Positions 8,294 through 17,632 of a stretch of DNA of 50,183 nt are shown in pieces. The notes beneath the pieces are model-generated. The model was not told the origin of the DNA and made no database searches. It worked only from the letters and a program-made list of their open reading frames with translations. Within the stretch, counting starts at the first letter, position 1. Every line of letters begins with the position of its first letter. Position numbers and translations under genes: made by a program. Origin of the DNA: a virus. Lineage: Duplodnaviria > Caudoviricetes. The stretch lies in IMG/VR virus record IMGVR_UViG_3300030118_003880, positions 1 through 50,183 of that record; one strand, written 5' to 3'.

Positions 8294-9600
8294 TAGCTTA
8301 TTCTCCAATTTACCGATCCGCTTGATTTACTTAGTTCGGTCAATCCCCATACTAACGCATCAAGCCTATCCGGTGAACTATTGGTTTCGCCTGTATAACT
8401 ACACATTTGGCTTTCTAACTCCGGATACGCCCCTACATGGTGTACCCGACGCTGTTCGTACAAAGCCGCGATTGGTTCTGCCCTCAAAATTTTCCCGCGT
8501 GTTGCCCTTACCGCACGGTAGGGAACATTGTGGTCAATATTCCTAATAAGCCGTTCTACCAAATCTCCTCCGTTGTTCACTTCGCAGATCACTCTATCCG
8601 CTTCCCATTCATAGAAAGCATTAACAACAATTCTACCCCATTTATCGGCGGTATGCACACCACTAAGATCTTCAAGTACATAAAATTCGTTATTGAAGTC
8701 TTTGCCACATACAATAATTCCGGTTTCGTCACTATCGGGGTTGGCGGTCACGGCGGGATCTACCGCAACGACAATTTGTTTTAATTCTTTATCTTCGTTG
8801 CATCTTGCTTCATCTATTAGCTTCGGTGTCCATAACGCACCGTCAAAATCTTCTATGATTTCCGCATATAATTCTTGTCGTCCTAGATTCGTACCTTCAT
8901 ATCTTTCTTTCAACATAGCTAAAGCGGATTCGGCTAAGTTGTCGGCGTTTTCAAAAGTTGATCCCCTAGTCACAATACAATCTTCACGTGCTACTAGGTC
9001 TTTTATAATCTTTCTTGGTCTTGGTGTAGTGGTGACGATACATTGCGGATTATCGCCTAATCTTAATCCAAACATTAATTGATCAAACGCTTCGGGGTAT
9101 CTCCATGATGCTAATTCGTCACACCAAGCACGATGAAATTGTGGACCCCTTAATCTTTCCGGTTCTTGCGCGGCATATCCTATAATCTTAGATCCGTTGA
9201 ATAATCGTATTTCGCTTAATGAAGATGAATAGCCTTTTGCGTCCCCGCTTTTCAATAAACATTCTTTAGGTATTACATTCATTAAACCACTTGGTCCGCC
9301 AAAACATACCCGACGTAAATCACCGTGCGTTGGTGCAACAACGGCTACACTTACCCCTTCGTTTCGCATTGCATAGGACGCAACATCTTCGGCACCAAGT
9401 CTAGTTTTACCGAATCCCCTTCCGGCTAGTATTAACCATATAGAAAAAGGTTCAAGCGGTGCAAGTTGTTTCGGTCGTGCCGTTTTTAACCAATTACTGT
9501 AATGTTCGGCTGTCGCTTGTAATGATTCTTTCTTTAGCGTCGTCCAATAGTTCCATAATGGATCTGAAGGCGTCTGCTTCTTTGACGGTACTTGTGACAT
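8293..9600 (-). CDS. terL: Terminase large subunit
   Basis: Walker A AGRGFGKT, LRG, Walker B WCDE, TTTP, nuclease VAVDPA and DRLDAL. Confidence 0.95.
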   Translation of the reverse strand: MSQVPSKKQTPSDPLWNYWTTLKKESLQATAEHYSNWLKTARPKQLAPLEPFSIWLILAGRGFGKTRLGAEDVASYAMRNEGVSVAVVAPTHGDLRRVCFGGPSGLMNVIPKECLLKSGDAKGYSSSLSEIRLFNGSKIIGYAAQEPERLRGPQFHRAWCDELASWRYPEAFDQLMFGLRLGDNPQCIVTTTPRPRKIIKDLVAREDCIVTRGSTFENADNLAESALAMLKERYEGTNLGRQELYAEIIEDFDGALWTPKLIDEARCNEDKELKQIVVAVDPAVTANPDSDETGIIVCGKDFNNEFYVLEDLSGVHTADKWGRIVVNAFYEWEADRVICEVNNGGDLVERLIRNIDHNVPYRAVRATRGKILRAEPIAALYEQRRVHHVGAYPELESQMCSYTGETNSSPDRLDALVWGLTELSKSSGSVNWRIS

Positions 9601-10063
9601 TTATATTTTCCGTTGTTTCGCCTAAAGCAATTTTACCTAGCTTTTGGGCGGTGATTAATCCATTGCACAAAGCTAATAGTTCACTTGGTTTCAATGTTTT
9701 AGACTTTACCGACATAGCTTGTTGATTGATATTGAAATAATATTTGACTTGTTTGATTATATCTTTTGACATTGCAATAAATTCATCATCAAGATCTATG
9801 CCTACTTGACCAAGACTTTTGATTCTTTTTTCATTTAATTCTTCTTGTAGTTGATATTCAAATTGTTCACGTTGCGCTTTCCACCCTTCCTTCCTTGCGG
9901 TTCGGTAAAGTGTAGCGGAAGCCACATTATGCTTTTTGATCAATTCATCAAGCGTAAATACTTTTCTATCACCGGTGTCTTGTTCCAAACCCTGCACAAA
10001 TTCGGTCCTAATCGTTGACTTCAAAGATTCCGTTAATTTATTTTTAGATGATTTCTTGGTCAT
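9494..10063 (-). CDS. Putative terminase small subunit
   Basis: Directly upstream of terL; HTH-like LIKKHNVASATLYR..RKEGW followed by helical region. Confidence 0.65.
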   Translation of the reverse strand: MTKKSSKNKLTESLKSTIRTEFVQGLEQDTGDRKVFTLDELIKKHNVASATLYRTARKEGWKAQREQFEYQLQEELNEKRIKSLGQVGIDLDDEFIAMSKDIIKQVKYYFNINQQAMSVKSKTLKPSELLALCNGLITAQKLGKIALGETTENINVTSTVKEADAFRSIMELLDDAKERIITSDSRTLQ

Positions 10064-10121
10064 AATTTATCAAATATTATCATTTTTTTTTCTTCAATTA
10101 CAAATCGGATTAAATTAGTTA

Positions 10122-10150
10122 ATGACAAAACGGAATAAATATGTTATACT
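10122..10150 (+). promoter_or_regulatory. Sigma70-type early promoter with operator-like box
   Basis: ATGACA-17-TATACT with TG extension; box ATGAC-AAAAC-GGAAT at 10122-10136. Confidence 0.6.
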
Positions 10151-10183
10151 GTTCTTTTAACATTATTAAATGAGGAATATAAA

Positions 10184-10411
10184 ATGACTAAAAAATATAA
10201 AGCATTTAAGATTTATCAAATGATAACCGACAAAATACCGTGTGGATTCCAAACGGTAGAAGTTAGGTCCATTGGGTATAAATATGTCTATGTCCGTCCC
10301 TTCTATTATGGTGACACATATGGGGCTAAACCCAAGCAATTCAAAAAGGTCGCCAGATCTATTTGGGATCGCATATCTTCTAACAAACATTTTGAAGAGG
10401 TGGTTAGATGA
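10184..10411 (+). CDS. Hypothetical protein
   Basis: 75 aa, GAGG RBS, first gene of the + strand operon. Confidence 0.7.
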   Translation: MTKKYKAFKIYQMITDKIPCGFQTVEVRSIGYKYVYVRPFYYGDTYGAKPKQFKKVARSIWDRISSNKHFEEVVR

Positions 10412-10932
10412 AAAGACTTCCAAGTAAAAGATTCGGCGGTTGGGAAATGCGTAAGAACGGATTGAAACAACACGGTATGAGTTCAAAGCAATTTTTGAAA
10501 TGGGCTAAAGACTTTACCGGTTGCACACACGAAACCGCAAAAGACACACTAAACGAATTGATCAAAAGTGAATGTTGGTATTCGGATTGCGGACACTATA
10601 AGGTTGTAAAGAAAGATCTTAGATATATAGAAGGTCACCCAAACAACTTGATCCATGATCCGGACCTTGAAGGTATGACTTGGCTTTCTATAAGAATAGA
10701 CAACGGTCAAACTTACCTTGAAGATTGGCGTGACTTTCAAGCTATCAAGAATGATCTTTGTGGTGAAGAAAGACAAGCGGTACAAATATATCCGCCGGAA
10801 AGTATGCTTCACGATACGGATAATGTTTTTCACCTTTTCGTATTCAAAGCACAACAAGCCTTGATGGTTGGGTGGACAAAGCGTGACGTCACATATCACG
10901 AAAGCCCCGTGCAACGGCAAGAAGGTAAATGA
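10408..10932 (+). CDS. Conserved phage hypothetical protein
   Basis: W.DFQ.IKN...GEE..AVQIYPPES...D..N..HL pattern; ATGA coupling. Confidence 0.7.
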   Translation: MKRLPSKRFGGWEMRKNGLKQHGMSSKQFLKWAKDFTGCTHETAKDTLNELIKSECWYSDCGHYKVVKKDLRYIEGHPNNLIHDPDLEGMTWLSIRIDNGQTYLEDWRDFQAIKNDLCGEERQAVQIYPPESMLHDTDNVFHLFVFKAQQALMVGWTKRDVTYHESPVQRQEGK

Positions 10933-11624
10933 TTAAAGGTCCTATCTATTCCGGACAACTAAAATTGTTTGGTCACAAAACGGTCATTGGTTTTGGTGAC
11001 AAAGATCTTTATGTTCGTGAAATGGATAGGGACCTAGCTAATCATCTAATTATTACAAATCATTATTCCGGAAAAGTGTATAACGCCACATACATTCATT
11101 TAGGGGTTTACATAAAGGACGAACTTCGTGGTGTACTTCAATACGGGTACGCCATGAATCCTAACTCTATGTCTAGTGTTGTAGCAAACACACAACAAAA
11201 TGAATACCTTGAATTGAATCGTATGTGGATTGAAGATGATGTTGGTGAATATGTTGAAAGTAGATCTATCGCCTATTCAATCAAATATATAAAGATGGCT
11301 TTTCCTAAAGTGAAATGGATTCAAAGTTTTGCCGACGAAAGATGCGGCGGATATGGTGTAGTTTATCAAGCGTGTTCTTTTGATTATTACGGTGAACACA
11401 CTTCGGACTTTTGGGAACTTGATGGTGTTGTATATCACAATATACAAATGACGGTTGCCGAAGGAACAAAAAGATATAAAGGGGAAGCACGTTATTTACA
11501 AGAAAATAAAGATCGTGCGACCAAAATGAAACTAAGACAATTTAGATATATAAAATTTTTAAAACAAAACGTGAAGAAGGATTGTCTTTTAAAAGAAGAA
11601 GAATATCCAAAACATTACTTGTAA
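10929..11624 (+). CDS. Mom-like adenine-modification enzyme (GNAT fold)
   Basis: HYSGK, ELNRMW, ESR.I, IQSFADERCG..G.VYQA..F.YYG motifs of the Mu Mom family. Confidence 0.8.
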   Translation: MIKGPIYSGQLKLFGHKTVIGFGDKDLYVREMDRDLANHLIITNHYSGKVYNATYIHLGVYIKDELRGVLQYGYAMNPNSMSSVVANTQQNEYLELNRMWIEDDVGEYVESRSIAYSIKYIKMAFPKVKWIQSFADERCGGYGVVYQACSFDYYGEHTSDFWELDGVVYHNIQMTVAEGTKRYKGEARYLQENKDRATKMKLRQFRYIKFLKQNVKKDCLLKEEEYPKHYL

Positions 11625-11647
11625 TTATAATGTCGTTTTGGTATAAA
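11619..11647 (+). promoter_or_regulatory. Promoter for the replication genes, with operator-like box
   Basis: TTGTAA-17-TATAAA with TG extension; box ATGTC-GTTTT-GGTAT at 11630-11644. Confidence 0.5.
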
Positions 11648-11665
11648 TATATTTGAGGAAATAAA

Positions 11666-12298
11666 ATGTCAATAGAAGCACTTAACAAAGCATTGAATCT
11701 ACAATTCAAGAATCAAACACCAACCAAAAGACTTATATTAATTTTATTAGCTAATTATTGTGACGAAAAAAATTCTTGTTTCCCAAGTTATAAACACATT
11801 GCGAAACTTGCGGGATTGAAAGACACAAAACACATAGCAAACATAATAAAAGAATTTGAAGATCTAGGACTTTTAAAAATAGTCAAAAGGTATAAAGAAG
11901 ATGGGGGTAATATTTCTAATCTTTATTATTTGACCCTAGACCACCACCCTCAGGGTGTCAACACCAGCACCCCCCTTGTCCCGACCCCACCCAATACTAA
12001 AGAAGAAACAAAAGAGAAATCAGATAGGGGGGTAGGCAATTTTGAAGAATTTTGGAAACATTATCCAAGAAAAGAAAACAAAGAATATTCTAAAACCATT
12101 TATAAGAAAGTCATTGCAAAGTATTCGGAAAAGAAACTATTAGTCAATGTGCAAGTATTCGCTTTTGAAACAAGACAACAAAAGAAAGAAAAACAATTTA
12201 TTCCAATGTGTTCAACTTGGTTAAACCAAAAAAGGTACTTGGAATTTGATAAGATAAAACCAATAAATAGGAAATCACTAAATGCAATAGCGGGGTAA
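11666..12298 (+). CDS. HTH replication initiator / replisome organizer
   Basis: N-terminal wHTH (LANYCD...CFPSY..IA); C-terminal FEEFWK.YPRK and STWLNQ.R motifs. Confidence 0.8.
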   Translation: MSIEALNKALNLQFKNQTPTKRLILILLANYCDEKNSCFPSYKHIAKLAGLKDTKHIANIIKEFEDLGLLKIVKRYKEDGGNISNLYYLTLDHHPQGVNTSTPLVPTPPNTKEETKEKSDRGVGNFEEFWKHYPRKENKEYSKTIYKKVIAKYSEKKLLVNVQVFAFETRQQKKEKQFIPMCSTWLNQKRYLEFDKIKPINRKSLNAIAG

Positions 12299-12300
12299 TT

Positions 12301-14007
12301 ATGATAGACATAAGTCGTAAACTTTCAGATGAAGGTATCAATTTAAAAGATGTTGTGGACGGAAACCACAAAACAAAATGTTCACATTGTCAACCACCAC
12401 ATAACCGACACGATAATCCATTATCGGTCACCATTGACGGCAATACCGTTTTATGGAAATGTCACCATTGCGAAAGGACGGGTGGATTTAGCGATAAGCA
12501 AACTAATTATAGAAAGCCAAGCAGTTTTACAAAACCAAAACTGCCGGAAAAAAGAATACAACAAGATTTCGTTGCCGAATATTTTAACAAGCGCGGTATA
12601 TCAAAAACCGTATTAGACAAGTTCAAGATCTTTAATGAAGATCGTTGGATTGCGCTTCCTTATATTGATAAGGACGGTGAAATAGTAAATGTAAAATATA
12701 GAACCGCCAACAAAGAATTTAGACAAGCGGCAAAAGCAAAAAAGATTCTTTATAACTATAACAATGTCCACAATAAAGAAACCGTCATTTTTGTAGAAGG
12801 CGAAATAGACGTTCTTTCTTTAGCGCAATGTGGATATGAAAATGCAACTACCCTAAGTGACGGCGCACCGTCAACCGTATCAAAAGATGAAAAAGATACA
12901 AGATTTCAAGGAATGATAAATTCACCAATACAAGCCGAAAAAGTAATATTGTTTTGCGATGCCGATAGTGCCGGAAACGCATTAAAAGAATCAATACTAT
13001 ATAGGGTTGGAAAAGACAAAGCGTGGTTCGTAGATCTAAAACAATATAAAGATTGCAAAGATGCAAATGATGTTTTGTGTAAACATGGTGAACAAGCACT
13101 TAAAGATCTTATTGAAAATGCAATACCTTATCCGATAGATGGGTTGTATAGGGTCCAAGACTATTACAACGAAGTCTTAGACCTTTTTGAAGGACGATAT
13201 GTAAAGCCATTGGAAATAGGAATGGAAGGCTTAGATGAAATTATGAAGATCCAAAAAGCCACATTTCACCTTTGGAGTGGTATTCCTAATCACGGGAAAA
13301 GCCTTATGTTGTCCCACATACTTCTAAAACTTGCCGAAAATCATGGGTGGCGGTTCGCTATATTCTCTCCCGAACATTCAACCGCTATGCACATTAGACG
13401 TATTTTACAGATCTATGTGGGTAAAGGCTTTGATGAAGATATGTATGAACGTATGACAAAAGACGAAATGAACGCCGGTCTAAGATTTATTAATGAACAC
13501 TTTTATTTCATAGAAACAAAAGATGCCGTGCCAAGCATAGATCTAATAATGAAGATTAGTAAAAGTTTTGTTTATAAGTATGGGTCCGCCGCACAAGGAT
13601 TAGGAATTGTTATAGATCCATATAACGAAGTAGATCCAAGTCGTAGTCAAGGCAAAAGGGAAGATGAACATATAAGGGATTTCATTTCCGAATGTAAGAA
13701 GTTTGCAAGATTACATAATGCGGTTGTATGGTGCGTAGCCCACCCAACTAAATTACCAAAAGAACAAGATGGATCTTTTTCACCACCAACAAGTTATCAA
13801 ATATCGGGATCTAGTCATTGGGCTAATATGGCGGACGTTATTGCCGTAGTACATCGTGACTTTGACGACAATACATCTACCATATATACCCGAAAGATCC
13901 GTGAACAAGATTTATACGGAAAGATTGGCGAAGCCAAGTTTCAATATAATTTTAGAAAGTATTGTTTTGAACCGTTTGATTCAAATAAATATTATGACTT
14001 TGATTAA
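12301..14007 (+). CDS. DNA primase-helicase (Twinkle/T7 gp4-like)
   Basis: Zn-binding CSHC...CHHC, TOPRIM EGEID and DAD, Walker A GIPNHGKS, IDPYN, VAHP.K. Confidence 0.92.
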   Translation: MIDISRKLSDEGINLKDVVDGNHKTKCSHCQPPHNRHDNPLSVTIDGNTVLWKCHHCERTGGFSDKQTNYRKPSSFTKPKLPEKRIQQDFVAEYFNKRGISKTVLDKFKIFNEDRWIALPYIDKDGEIVNVKYRTANKEFRQAAKAKKILYNYNNVHNKETVIFVEGEIDVLSLAQCGYENATTLSDGAPSTVSKDEKDTRFQGMINSPIQAEKVILFCDADSAGNALKESILYRVGKDKAWFVDLKQYKDCKDANDVLCKHGEQALKDLIENAIPYPIDGLYRVQDYYNEVLDLFEGRYVKPLEIGMEGLDEIMKIQKATFHLWSGIPNHGKSLMLSHILLKLAENHGWRFAIFSPEHSTAMHIRRILQIYVGKGFDEDMYERMTKDEMNAGLRFINEHFYFIETKDAVPSIDLIMKISKSFVYKYGSAAQGLGIVIDPYNEVDPSRSQGKREDEHIRDFISECKKFARLHNAVVWCVAHPTKLPKEQDGSFSPPTSYQISGSSHWANMADVIAVVHRDFDDNTSTIYTRKIREQDLYGKIGEAKFQYNFRKYCFEPFDSNKYYDFD

Positions 14008-14219
14008 TAAACTTCTTCTAAATAGAAATCGTTTGGTTGAACCGCTTGATCCGACGCTTGATAAATCATCATCATTACTTCTTTTTTAGGAATCCTTTTA
14101 CCCTGTATGTATTTAGAAAGACCACCTTGCGATATGCTTTTACCGGTAGTGTCTTGCATCTTTCTTAAAAATTGTTCTTGCGTAATTTTATTAGATTTTA
14201 AATATTCTCCTAAATGCAC
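14004..14219 (-). CDS. HTH transcriptional regulator (Cro/CI-like)
   Basis: ITQEQF...ISQGGLSKYIQGKRIP and V.PNDF; GTG start with AGGAG RBS; divergent from the recombination operon. Confidence 0.8.
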   Translation of the reverse strand: MHLGEYLKSNKITQEQFLRKMQDTTGKSISQGGLSKYIQGKRIPKKEVMMMIYQASDQAVQPNDFYLEEVY

Positions 14220-14241
14220 GTTTTCTCCTTAGTTAATAATT

Positions 14242-14283
14242 ATGACAATATGTATTGAATTATATTCCAATATGACTTAGAAT
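14242..14283 (+). promoter_or_regulatory. Divergent promoter region with two operator-like boxes
   Basis: TTGAAT-17-TAGAAT; boxes at 14242-14256 and 14264-14278. Confidence 0.6.
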
Positions 14284-14312
14284 ACAATGACAAATTAAAT
14301 GAGGACTATAAA

Positions 14313-15083
14313 ATGAAAAAATACAAAGATGCTTATGATAGGTTCGGACTTTACCATCTATCAAGTCAAAGCATAAATCTATTCTTATCCAACCCCGCCA
14401 TGTTCGTTCTTAAATATTGTGAAGGATATAAAGGACCAACAAACGCCGCTATGCTTCGTGGAAACACAAGCGATAAAATGATTGGTGTTGCGGTTATGGA
14501 TACTAAAATAAAACTTGAAGATCTTGAAGATCGTGCCGTAGATTATTTTGATGCCGCAATAGACGACATTGAAGATCTACCGGAAACGATTGCAAAAGAA
14601 AAAGAAAGTATAAGAAGTTATGTGAAAACGGGTGTGCCTTTTTTTAGAAAACTAGGTAAACCAATATCTTATCAACAAGAAGTAAATCTTGACTTTGATG
14701 AGATCCCCGTACCGATTTTAGGGTATTGTGACTTGGAATATAGTGATTGTATTCGTGATATAAAAACGACTACTAGATCGCCTTCTAAGCTACCCGAACA
14801 AGTTTCTAGGCAATTGTGTATATACGCAACGGCATTAGAAAAACCGACGGCTTATGCCGATTACATTGTTTCTAACACACGAAATCAAAGTGTGGTGACG
14901 TTAGAATGTGACGACCTAAATCTTCGGTTAGATGAAGTGTATAGGGCTTCGTTAGCGATAACGAATCTTCTATATAATAATGATATAAATTCTTTACGTG
15001 ATATTTTCTATCCGGATTTTAGCGATTGGCGTTGGGATCCGCATAGCATTGAAGCGGCAAAGAAATTTTGGAGTATAAAATGA
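14313..15083 (+). CDS. PD-(D/E)XK exonuclease (RecE/Cas4-like)
   Basis: HLS.SI, GYCD, DIKTT, QLCIYA motifs; adjacent to an SSAP. Confidence 0.8.
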   Translation: MKKYKDAYDRFGLYHLSSQSINLFLSNPAMFVLKYCEGYKGPTNAAMLRGNTSDKMIGVAVMDTKIKLEDLEDRAVDYFDAAIDDIEDLPETIAKEKESIRSYVKTGVPFFRKLGKPISYQQEVNLDFDEIPVPILGYCDLEYSDCIRDIKTTTRSPSKLPEQVSRQLCIYATALEKPTAYADYIVSNTRNQSVVTLECDDLNLRLDEVYRASLAITNLLYNNDINSLRDIFYPDFSDWRWDPHSIEAAKKFWSIK

Positions 15084-15739
15084 TAATATCAAATGATATA
15101 ACTTATGGTTCCGTATGGAACACACTAAACGCCATTGAAGTTGACGTGGAACAAAAGGGTAAGTTTTCTTATCTTGCATGGTCCGACGCATGGAAAATTT
15201 TGATGGATCACTTTCCTTTTGCTACATATGATTTCCAACCCGAAACATATGAAGTCAATGGAACGGTAATGTCGCATTGTACGATTAGAATTGGATCTTT
15301 AGAAAGATCTATGTGGTTGCCCGTAATGGATAGCCGCAACAATTCAATTCAAAATCCGACGACCCGACAAATTCAAGATACCCGTATGCGTTGTCTAGTC
15401 AAATGTCTAGCAATGTATGGATTGGGTGCTTATATTTATCGTGGTGAAGAATTACCGGACGCCGCTAAAGATTCTTCGGAAGCGGAAATAGTAAGGGAAA
15501 AATTTGAATATGAATTTGTTAAAACCGGTGGTGAAATAATCGGTGCAAATGATTCGGATACATATTTTAAATTGATCGCACCATTGTTGAATAATCCAAA
15601 CAATGTATTACACAAAAAACTTTATATAGAAAATAAAGCAAGAATTATAGCGGCACAAGAATCCGCCGGTGATATATTGACGGAAAGGTATCTAAATATT
15701 CACACGGCTTATAGTGATAAAAAAGATGAAAGTTCCTAA
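15080..15739 (+). CDS. Sak/Rad52-like single-strand annealing protein (DUF1071)
   Basis: SYLAWS.AW, MWLPVMD.RN, RCLVKCLAMYGLG.YIY.GE.LP. Confidence 0.88.
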   Translation: MIISNDITYGSVWNTLNAIEVDVEQKGKFSYLAWSDAWKILMDHFPFATYDFQPETYEVNGTVMSHCTIRIGSLERSMWLPVMDSRNNSIQNPTTRQIQDTRMRCLVKCLAMYGLGAYIYRGEELPDAAKDSSEAEIVREKFEYEFVKTGGEIIGANDSDTYFKLIAPLLNNPNNVLHKKLYIENKARIIAAQESAGDILTERYLNIHTAYSDKKDESS

Positions 15740-16034
15740 GTCACTAATCGGTAAACCCAAGCATAAACTTTCAATTACGGATTGCGTTTATCTTTGTTTG
15801 CGAAAAGGAAACTATATGACCTTTTGGGAATTACAAGCAATGATCAAACAAAACACCGGAAAGTTTTTTGGGGAGCCGTCAATAAGCGCGGCGATTAGGG
15901 ATCTTCGTAATGAAGGTCCTAGATCAAAATATGAGCTACACCCATATAAAGAGGTTGTAGAAAAACGAAGAAGGAAAGGCGGTAAAGCCTATGAATATAA
16001 ACTTATGGAGGTAAGTGAAAATGGCGGAGTTTGA
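15726..16034 (+). CDS. Putative winged-HTH protein
   Basis: MTFWELQ...EPSISAAIRDLR...EY pattern. Confidence 0.6.
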   Translation: MKVPKSLIGKPKHKLSITDCVYLCLRKGNYMTFWELQAMIKQNTGKFFGEPSISAAIRDLRNEGPRSKYELHPYKEVVEKRRRKGGKAYEYKLMEVSENGGV

Positions 16035-16425
16035 AAAGAAAGAACTTAAAGGTCGTATGTGGAAAGAACAGGACGCTAAAGTTATTTGGAAAGGATCCGT
16101 ATTTGTTAATGGAAAAGACGAATACATATCTTGCCTAAAAACCGAAGTATCCGGAAGAACCAAATATGAACTTGTTGGATCTCTAGGATTGTTGTATTTG
16201 AAAGATGATCAAAGTCGGGAAAATGCACCGGATATAGGTGGTCCAATTACAATTAAAGATGTCGCATATAAGTTCGGCGGTTGGGAACAAATGAATCCCG
16301 AAACCGGCGATACATCTTTAAGTGTAGGGTTGTTGGTAGCCGACGAGCAACCACAACCGGTCGTTAAAGAAGAAGAATCTTCTAATACTTCAAGCGAAGA
16401 ATTTGACGACGATATACCCTTCTGA
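16021..16425 (+). CDS. SSB-like protein
   Basis: Beta-rich body, acidic tail ending FDDDIPF; GGAGG RBS; in the recombination operon. Confidence 0.65.
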   Translation: MAEFEKKELKGRMWKEQDAKVIWKGSVFVNGKDEYISCLKTEVSGRTKYELVGSLGLLYLKDDQSRENAPDIGGPITIKDVAYKFGGWEQMNPETGDTSLSVGLLVADEQPQPVVKEEESSNTSSEEFDDDIPF

Positions 16426-16437
16426 TATTTTCTTTAG

Positions 16438-16785
16438 ATGGCGAAACGCTATCAAGACAAAGAATATCTAAAATGGGTAGTAAGAACCAAGCCTTGCATG
16501 ATTTGTAAGGCGGGGTTTCTTACACACGGCGGTCCAATCCAAGCCCATCATTTACTAAAGCCAAAATCAAAACTTAGGGGTTTCGGACTTCGGGCAAACG
16601 ATTTTGAGGTAATTCCTTTATGTATGTACCACCATCAAAAACTTCATACTAAATTTGGTGACGAAATAAAATTTTTAAAGAATTACGGATTCAAAGAAGA
16701 TGCGGCAATAAAATACGCCGATACTTTATACGAACAATATCAATACGAAAATTCCGACGATTATATAGACGATCTGCCCTTCTAA
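16438..16785 (+). CDS. HNH-like nuclease (DUF968/Ref-like)
   Basis: PCMIC, AHH, PLC..HH..LH. Confidence 0.75.
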   Translation: MAKRYQDKEYLKWVVRTKPCMICKAGFLTHGGPIQAHHLLKPKSKLRGFGLRANDFEVIPLCMYHHQKLHTKFGDEIKFLKNYGFKEDAAIKYADTLYEQYQYENSDDYIDDLPF

Positions 16786-16814
16786 AAAAACTTAATATTT
16801 TTTCATATTACTTA

Positions 16815-16842
16815 TTGACATATTATGCCATTTTGGTAAGGT
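16815..16842 (+). promoter_or_regulatory. Sigma70-type promoter with operator-like box
   Basis: TTGACA-16-TAAGGT with TG extension; box ATGCC-ATTTT-GGTAA at 16825-16839. Confidence 0.55.
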
Positions 16843-16872
16843 GTGCATATGGAAATAAATTTAAAGGAAAAT

Positions 16873-17277
16873 ATGGACTTACTAAAACTAAAAACTTTGA
16901 ACGTAGGCGACTTAGTTGTTTACGAATTTGGCAAACTAAAATATATGGCTTACTGCTATAAAGTAGAAGGCGACTATGGCTTTGTTCACAACATTGCGGT
17001 AATGGAAAAGAACGGGGACCAAATGTGGGAAATGATCCCACAAGAAAACATGGACGAATTTACTAAAGAACTTTGTGAAAAAAGAAATAAGATTATGTCT
17101 TATGCAACCGGCTTTGAAATACATATACCGGCATTGGACGACGACAAAGAACTTAACTTTGTAAATCTATCGGCTATCTATAATTTTGATGAACGTGTTT
17201 TAAATAGAATCAAAAGCTACGATTGGTCTATGGATTCATGGAACGATGTATTGCCTTCAAATAAGGAGATCCACTAA
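16873..17277 (+). CDS. Hypothetical protein
   Basis: ORF with AAGGA RBS at 16873. Confidence 0.65.
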   Translation: MDLLKLKTLNVGDLVVYEFGKLKYMAYCYKVEGDYGFVHNIAVMEKNGDQMWEMIPQENMDEFTKELCEKRNKIMSYATGFEIHIPALDDDKELNFVNLSAIYNFDERVLNRIKSYDWSMDSWNDVLPSNKEIH

Positions 17278-17480
17278 TGTCTAAATTATTTAGAAATTGG
17301 TTTGATAAATGCACCAATGATTTTGATTCGCTATCCGAAGCGGAAAAGAAAGAATGGAATGATTGGGTACGCCAACAAGAAATCAACGACGCCGTAGAAG
17401 ATCAAGTAGAAAGAATATCTAGGGCATTAGGTACTAATGTTCCACGTGGAACAAATATAGGGGGAAAAAAATGGAAATAA
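17277..17480 (+). CDS. Hypothetical protein
   Basis: 67 aa, AGGAG RBS, TAATG coupling. Confidence 0.65.
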   Translation: MSKLFRNWFDKCTNDFDSLSEAEKKEWNDWVRQQEINDAVEDQVERISRALGTNVPRGTNIGGKKWK

Positions 17481-17632
17481 ATCAACGCGTAAGAATAAAA
17501 AATCAAGCGATATTCGGAACCTATTATGGACCGGTAAAAGGTGAACCGGATAAAGTTTGGTTCAACGATGAAGAACTTAACAAGATTATTAAGGTCAAGA
17601 AAACACAATTAGAAGAGGTGACATATGAATAA
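17471..17632 (+). CDS. Small hypothetical protein (53 aa, not in ORF track)
   Basis: Manual translation MEINQRVRIKNQ...; fills the gap and overlaps both neighbours. Confidence 0.55.
   Translation: MEINQRVRIKNQAIFGTYYGPVKGEPDKVWFNDEELNKIIKVKKTQLEEVTYE

Noticed and set aside
14004-14312. Lysogeny switch of a temperate phage
   Set aside because: No integrase or partition genes recognised, and the HTH protein lacks a peptidase domain; lifestyle left open
14313-15083. Cas4 / CRISPR-associated nuclease
   Set aside because: Context next to Sak and SSB indicates a recombination exonuclease; no array or other cas genes
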